From assembly GCA_015055515.1 (NCBI GenBank), contig SVIC01000001.1, forward strand, positions 20,114 to 84,113: 64,000 bases of DNA, written 5' to 3'. Made by a program: the position numbers and the translations under genes. The notes under the pieces were generated by a model that saw nothing but the letters and a program-made list of their open reading frames with translations, made no database searches and was not told the origin of the DNA. This document shows positions 60,162-64,000 of this stretch, piece after piece. The stretch comes from Clostridiales bacterium (lineage in GTDB: Bacteria > Bacillota > Clostridia > Christensenellales > UBA1242). Each line of letters opens with the position of its first letter. Within the stretch, counting starts at the first letter, position 1.

Positions 60162-61208
60162 ATGACAACAGAGCAAGAAGCGATGATGATATCATTGTTA
60201 AAATACAAGCCATGTAGGCGTGGTGATGAGAGCAAGTACGCTACAGCCATGGCTATGTCTTTGGCATTTGATTTGTTAGGATATGCACATACATCCGAAC
60301 TTAATATAGCCTATATTCCTGAAAGCGCGCCAGAAGAGGCAAATGCAAGACCGCACAAGAATGAGCTATGTATAAAGCAATCTATGTTAACTAATAAGAA
60401 GAAATATGCGATCAATATTGAGACTATAATGCACGAGTGCTATCATATATATGATATGTATGACGATATTGCAAATGTAAGGAACGGTGCAAGGTGTTCT
60501 AGGTTGGTATTAAGTGATTTTCATAAATTTTTTGCAAAAGTTATCACTGGTGAGGGGATATATAACGGGCTAATTGTAGGTGGTGAGGCTGAGTGTGTAG
60601 CAGATATACAAGATATCATACAAGGATATACATCCAGTGAATATGTGATGTGTAAGCAAGAAGTAGATGCAAGAGAGTTCTCTAATAGTGTACTTAATCA
60701 AATGGTGGAATGTGCTAAGAATGCAAAATCTCTAAATAGAAGGGCTAGGAAGAATGCGAAACAGATAGAGGAGTTTATCAAAAATAATCCATATAATAAT
60801 CCAAAATTAAAAGACAATGCAAATGGTATAATGTATGAATATGGCGGTATGATAGAAGATATAGTAGATAGGGTTGTTCAATTCATGACAGCAGAGGATG
60901 AGATGGGTGACAATATTATGGACAAAGTATCTACGATGGAAATAGAAGATTATGTAGAGTTCAAAAAAAATAATGGAAATATATTCGGTGACATGTTGAC
61001 TTGCTTGTATTTGCAAGACAACAAAGATCTAGCAGACAAGATGAGGGGTGCAATAGTAAAGTCTAATAAGGTGCAAATGTTTGATAATGCTAAGTACCTA
61101 GAAGATGTATCATTCATGTATGAAGAAATGACAAGTGAAGAGAAAAATATGATACAGGAAGTACAAAAGAGTTGGGATATGCTAACTAGTAGCGGATTGG
61201 AACATTAA
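60162..61208 (+). CDS. Putative zincin-like (HExxHxxD) cytoplasmic protein, paralogue 3 of 3
   Basis: 348 aa with an AAGGAGG RBS. Motifs IMHECYHIYD and EVDAREFSN. Confidence 0.7.
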   Translation: MTTEQEAMMISLLKYKPCRRGDESKYATAMAMSLAFDLLGYAHTSELNIAYIPESAPEEANARPHKNELCIKQSMLTNKKKYAINIETIMHECYHIYDMYDDIANVRNGARCSRLVLSDFHKFFAKVITGEGIYNGLIVGGEAECVADIQDIIQGYTSSEYVMCKQEVDAREFSNSVLNQMVECAKNAKSLNRRARKNAKQIEEFIKNNPYNNPKLKDNANGIMYEYGGMIEDIVDRVVQFMTAEDEMGDNIMDKVSTMEIEDYVEFKKNNGNIFGDMLTCLYLQDNKDLADKMRGAIVKSNKVQMFDNAKYLEDVSFMYEEMTSEEKNMIQEVQKSWDMLTSSGLEH

Positions 61209-61224
61209 TAGACTTAATAAGTAA

Positions 61225-61250
61225 AAAAGTGCGAAATTTCGCACTTTTTT
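61225..61250. terminator. Bidirectional terminator (paralogue cassette / cwlD)
   Basis: Palindromic stem aaaagtgcgaaatttcgcactttt flanked by A-runs and T-runs. Confidence 0.75.
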
Positions 61251-61268
61251 GTATGTTTGCAATATACT

Positions 61269-61979
61269 CTAATTATTAGAGATGTGGTCCCTCATATCAA
61301 AATATTTTAGTATTCCACAAGTGATGGCATAGGCAAGTTTGTTCTGATAACCTTCCGATGTAAGTAGTTGTTCTTCCTCTGGATTAGTGAGGTATCCGCA
61401 CTCAATAAGCACTGCGTGGGTTTTGGATTCTTTTAGGATATAATAGTCGCCATAATTGGCCTCAGATCTGGCGTTAGGAATCTGTGATACTAGCATAGAT
61501 TGTATGGATTTGGCTAGGTTTTCGCTATTAATATCTCCTTCTTGCCAGAATGCTTGGGCTCCGATAGCGTGGCTATTTGGATAAGAATTTTGATGAATGC
61601 TGACCACAAAATCGGCATTTGCACTATCTATTATCTCTATACGCTTCTCCATGTCGCTAACCTTGTAATTATCTGCATTGTCTTCGTACAAGCCATTAGC
61701 ATCGCTTCTAGTGAGCACGACCTTGAAGCCAAAATCTTCTAGAAGATCTTGCAATAGTAGTACTATACTTAGGTTAATCTCTGCTTCGGTTATATTAGTA
61801 TTTACTCCACTACAACCATTGTCTCTACCGCCATGTCCAGCATCAAGTACTATTGTGTATGGTAGATAGGGCGACTGTCCTATTTCACTGACAGCGACTA
61901 TACCTAGGCTAAGAATTAGGCTGATTACAATAATACAAAATATGGTTATAATAGTTTTTGCTTTTATTACTTTTATCAT
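61269..61979 (-). CDS. cwlD: N-acetylmuramoyl-L-alanine amidase (Amidase_3), CwlD-like germination-specific amidase
   Basis: N-terminal TM helix, then IVLDAGHGGRDNGCSG, VSIHQNS and HAVLIECGYLTNPEEE. The ATG at 61979 is preceded by GGAGAG; the track ORF extends to 62132. About 236 aa, typical of CwlD. Confidence 0.8.
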   Translation of the reverse strand: MIKVIKAKTIITIFCIIVISLILSLGIVAVSEIGQSPYLPYTIVLDAGHGGRDNGCSGVNTNITEAEINLSIVLLLQDLLEDFGFKVVLTRSDANGLYEDNADNYKVSDMEKRIEIIDSANADFVVSIHQNSYPNSHAIGAQAFWQEGDINSENLAKSIQSMLVSQIPNARSEANYGDYYILKESKTHAVLIECGYLTNPEEEQLLTSEGYQNKLAYAITCGILKYFDMRDHISNN

Positions 61980-62134
61980 ATACTCTCCATAAAAATATAA
62001 TATAGTATATTGTTTAGGGTAAGACAATAATACTTTTTCAAAAAAATATTTGGGATATGACAAGTGTATAATTAATTGGAATACTTGCATGACTTTCTTA
62101 AATGGTATATAATAAATGTATAAGGAGAGCATAT

Positions 62135-62704
62135 ATGGGAAGAGAAGATGTTACAAAAATTGCTAATGAATTGGTAAAGACAAGAGAACAATACAATATT
62201 GCTAGCGAGGCAGAACAACAATCTTTGTTGACTAAGGGAGAAGAACTAGATAATCAGTTAGGTGAAAATTTGTCCAAGTTGTCAATTGCTGATCAATTTG
62301 AATTGATGCATGATCTGTATGATCCAACCAATGTGCATATGAGTAAGCCTGCGGTGGAATATGCACCAGTTATGAAAAAGGTTATAGAGAATATATCAAC
62401 TAATTTCTTAGATAACCCAAGAAATCTTAATTTCTTAGATCCTTGTTTTTTAACAACAGAGGTGGTTGAGCAAATGTCAATGGATCAATTAATATTATTA
62501 GAGAATTATATTTCTAACGGAAAAGTGGCGCATGTTGGTAGTAGAGGTGCTATCTTAGCGTCGCAAGAAAAGCAAAAAGAAATGCTAGGGGTTATAGGTA
62601 AAGAAATTCAAAGTTTGCAAAAAGATGTAATGGATAGCGGTGTATTGGGGGATAGAACAAAACTAAGCCCAGAAATATTAAATGAGAATTCAAGAGAGAT
62701 ATAA
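62135..62704 (+). CDS. Hypothetical cytoplasmic protein (189 aa)
   Basis: The ATG at 62135 is preceded by AAGGAG at 62122-62127. No motif recognised. Confidence 0.6.
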   Translation: MGREDVTKIANELVKTREQYNIASEAEQQSLLTKGEELDNQLGENLSKLSIADQFELMHDLYDPTNVHMSKPAVEYAPVMKKVIENISTNFLDNPRNLNFLDPCFLTTEVVEQMSMDQLILLENYISNGKVAHVGSRGAILASQEKQKEMLGVIGKEIQSLQKDVMDSGVLGDRTKLSPEILNENSREI

Positions 62705-62705
62705 A

Positions 62706-62733
62706 AAATAAGCATTTGATATGCTTATTTTTT
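62706..62733 (+). terminator. Rho-independent terminator
   Basis: Stem aaataagcat / atgcttattt followed by a T-run. Confidence 0.75.
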
Positions 62734-62910
62734 AGTTTTTTGATTGTATCTATATAGGTTGGAATTATTTCATAGACAGAGATTATATCTAGACAAATGG
62801 TATAACTAATGACTGTATTACCTAGTGTCGTAAGATGGGTTTTAACATAAATGTTTTGATCATGGCTACTCCTAATAAAATAAAAATGCTAGGAATATCA
62901 CTAATTAATC

Positions 62911-62939
62911 TTGAATTGGAGGTTTTGTTATGATACAAT
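62911..62939 (+). promoter_or_regulatory. Promoter (TTGAAT-17 nt-TACAAT)
   Basis: TTGAAT lies at 62911-62916 and TACAAT at 62934-62939, upstream of the 62968 gene, whose RBS is AAGGAG. Confidence 0.5.
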
Positions 62940-62967
62940 ATAAGTGTAATGAATTAAGGAGTGGGGT

Positions 62968-63585
62968 ATGTCGGATATTGCAAAAAATTTAGAATTAATA
63001 GAGTTTGATGACTATGCGAGAAGGGAGATGACTAGACTATCTAGGATGGGTACGCACGAGTCTCTATATATTACTCCAAGTGGTAAATTAATAGATTGTA
63101 GATTTCCAGAATACCTTGGTCATGCCAAGGTTGGTGCTATGATATATGATAATATATGGAAGTTGAATGAAAGGGAGTCTGATAGTAGAGCATTCAAGTC
63201 TTGTATTATAGAATATATGGATAAGGATCAAAAGGTAGACGTAGAGGATGTAAAGGCAATATTACTAGAGAATGCGGGAATACCTAATGAGGTGGATCAA
63301 TTCAGCATTGATATGAAGAGAAAGGACTTAAATATAGAAGATTTGCCGGTGCATGATCTAGGATTCGTAAAAATGGTAATTAACTCTGATGGCGATGTGA
63401 GTCTAGCGATTCCTAATAATATGTATAATTATAGGAATGTAAAAGCAGCCCAAGAAGAGACTATAGAGAACTTGCTAGAATTCCATAAGGTAAAGAATTT
63501 CTATCTTCCTACACATCTACAAATGGCAAAAATGATGCAATCCAGAGAAAGAAACAATGTAAGAGATCTATATCATTCTATGTAA
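62968..63585 (+). CDS. Hypothetical cytoplasmic protein (205 aa)
   Basis: Clean ORF with its own RBS, promoter and terminator. No motif recognised. Confidence 0.6.
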   Translation: MSDIAKNLELIEFDDYARREMTRLSRMGTHESLYITPSGKLIDCRFPEYLGHAKVGAMIYDNIWKLNERESDSRAFKSCIIEYMDKDQKVDVEDVKAILLENAGIPNEVDQFSIDMKRKDLNIEDLPVHDLGFVKMVINSDGDVSLAIPNNMYNYRNVKAAQEETIENLLEFHKVKNFYLPTHLQMAKMMQSRERNNVRDLYHSM

Positions 63586-63611
63586 TTGTATTAACTAAAG
63601 TGGACAACAAA

Positions 63612-63639
63612 AAAATGCTGATTATTCAGCATTTTTTTT
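63612..63639. terminator. Bidirectional terminator
   Basis: Stem aaaatgctga / tcagcatttt flanked by A-runs and T-runs. Confidence 0.72.
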
Positions 63640-64000
63640 ATTGTTCGTTCTTGTGTTTTGTAATGCGTCGCTTCTTTACTATATGTATAGTAATAAGTAT
63701 TGCGATAAGAAGTATTATACAGCATCCTATTAGGATTAGGGCAATTAACTGAGATTGTGACATTGAATCACTATCTACAAGGTTATTTGCAATATATCCT
63801 TCCACCAATTTCTGATCGTTGTCATAATATCTTACAAGAGAGAACTCATCTGCAGAGTTATATTCTGCAATATATATTCTAGTTCCAACGGGTGGGGTTG
63901 CAATGATATCGCTATCAAAAGAAGGAGCACTATAAATATTGACTGTCTTAGTGTCATCAAATGCACGAATACTAGCATTTGGATGTATTATCTCATAATT
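63638..64000 (-). CDS. 3' end of a gene running off the window: SH3b-like segment plus C-terminal TM anchor (not in ORF track)
   Basis: My own translation of the minus strand is open from 64000 to the stop at 63638-63640. It reads ...PPVGTRIYIAEYNSADEFSLVRYYDNDQKLVEGYIANNLVDSDSMSQSQLIALILIGCCIILLIAILITIHIVKKRRITKHKNEQ*. Confidence 0.6.
   Translation of the reverse strand, partial: NYEIIHPNASIRAFDDTKTVNIYSAPSFDSDIIATPPVGTRIYIAEYNSADEFSLVRYYDNDQKLVEGYIANNLVDSDSMSQSQLIALILIGCCIILLIAILITIHIVKKRRITKHKNEQ

Noticed and set aside
62929-62991. A 20-codon mini-ORF (MIQYKCNELRSGVCRILQKI) preceded by GGAGG, upstream of the 62968 gene.
   Set aside because: The GGAGG and the ATG fall inside the spacer and -10 of the better-supported TTGAAT-17-TACAAT promoter. 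The mini-ORF overlaps the real RBS and start, so it is most likely fortuitous.
1-64000. CRISPR arrays, tRNA/rRNA genes and IS elements or transposases.
   Set aside because: I scanned the intergenic regions (largest: 6164-6393, 17011-17436, 57767-58037, 62705-62967). I found no regularly spaced direct repeats, no cloverleaf-like or rRNA-like sequence, and no terminal inverted repeats bracketing a transposase-like ORF.

Overview
AT-rich (about one third G+C by eye) chromosomal segment from an endospore-forming Firmicute, probably Clostridia-like, using the standard code (TGA serves as a stop, e.g. at the end of lgt). The taxonomic call rests on spoIIR, sleB-ypeB and a cwlD-like amidase being present. 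All calls come from reading the sequence and recalling family motifs; no searches were run.

The left 30 kb is mostly housekeeping:
- A fused ABC ATPase/FtsX permease, cut by the window edge.
- A split ribosomal-protein cluster: rplJ-rplL with an L10-leader attenuator, a lone convergent rplI, then 7 kb further on rpmG-secE-nusG-rplK-rplA. rpmG is missing from the ORF track.
- lgt and a DivIVA-domain gene.
- A serine-palmitoyltransferase-like alpha-oxoamine synthase.
- A Cro/CI-like divergent HTH pair.
- Two surface proteins and an orphan three-gene operon.
- Ca/Na antiporter, HD hydrolase and ZIP transporter genes.
- An atypical RelA/SpoT homologue paired with an XRE regulator.
- A HAD hydrolase and the sporulation/germination genes.

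The window is dominated by one uninterrupted 27,138-nt ORF (30629..57766) encoding a 9,045-aa predicted lipoprotein. It has Ig-like N-terminal regions, at least seven beta-helix-type modules carrying roughly a hundred GLUG-like GG[ILVF]xG motifs, and recently homogenised 594-bp tandem repeats. It also carries EF-hand-like Ca loops and a terminal Cys/His-rich module. It has no sortase signal and no C-terminal TM helix.

Directly downstream, under their own strong promoter, are three tandem full-length paralogues. All three conserve an HExxHxxD ... E-x-x-A-R-x-[FY] zincin-like signature and lack signal peptides. I consider the giant GLUG lipoprotein plus this triplicated HExxH cassette the best candidate for an undescribed system.

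I found no rRNA, tRNA, CRISPR array, transposase, integrase or reverse transcriptase.
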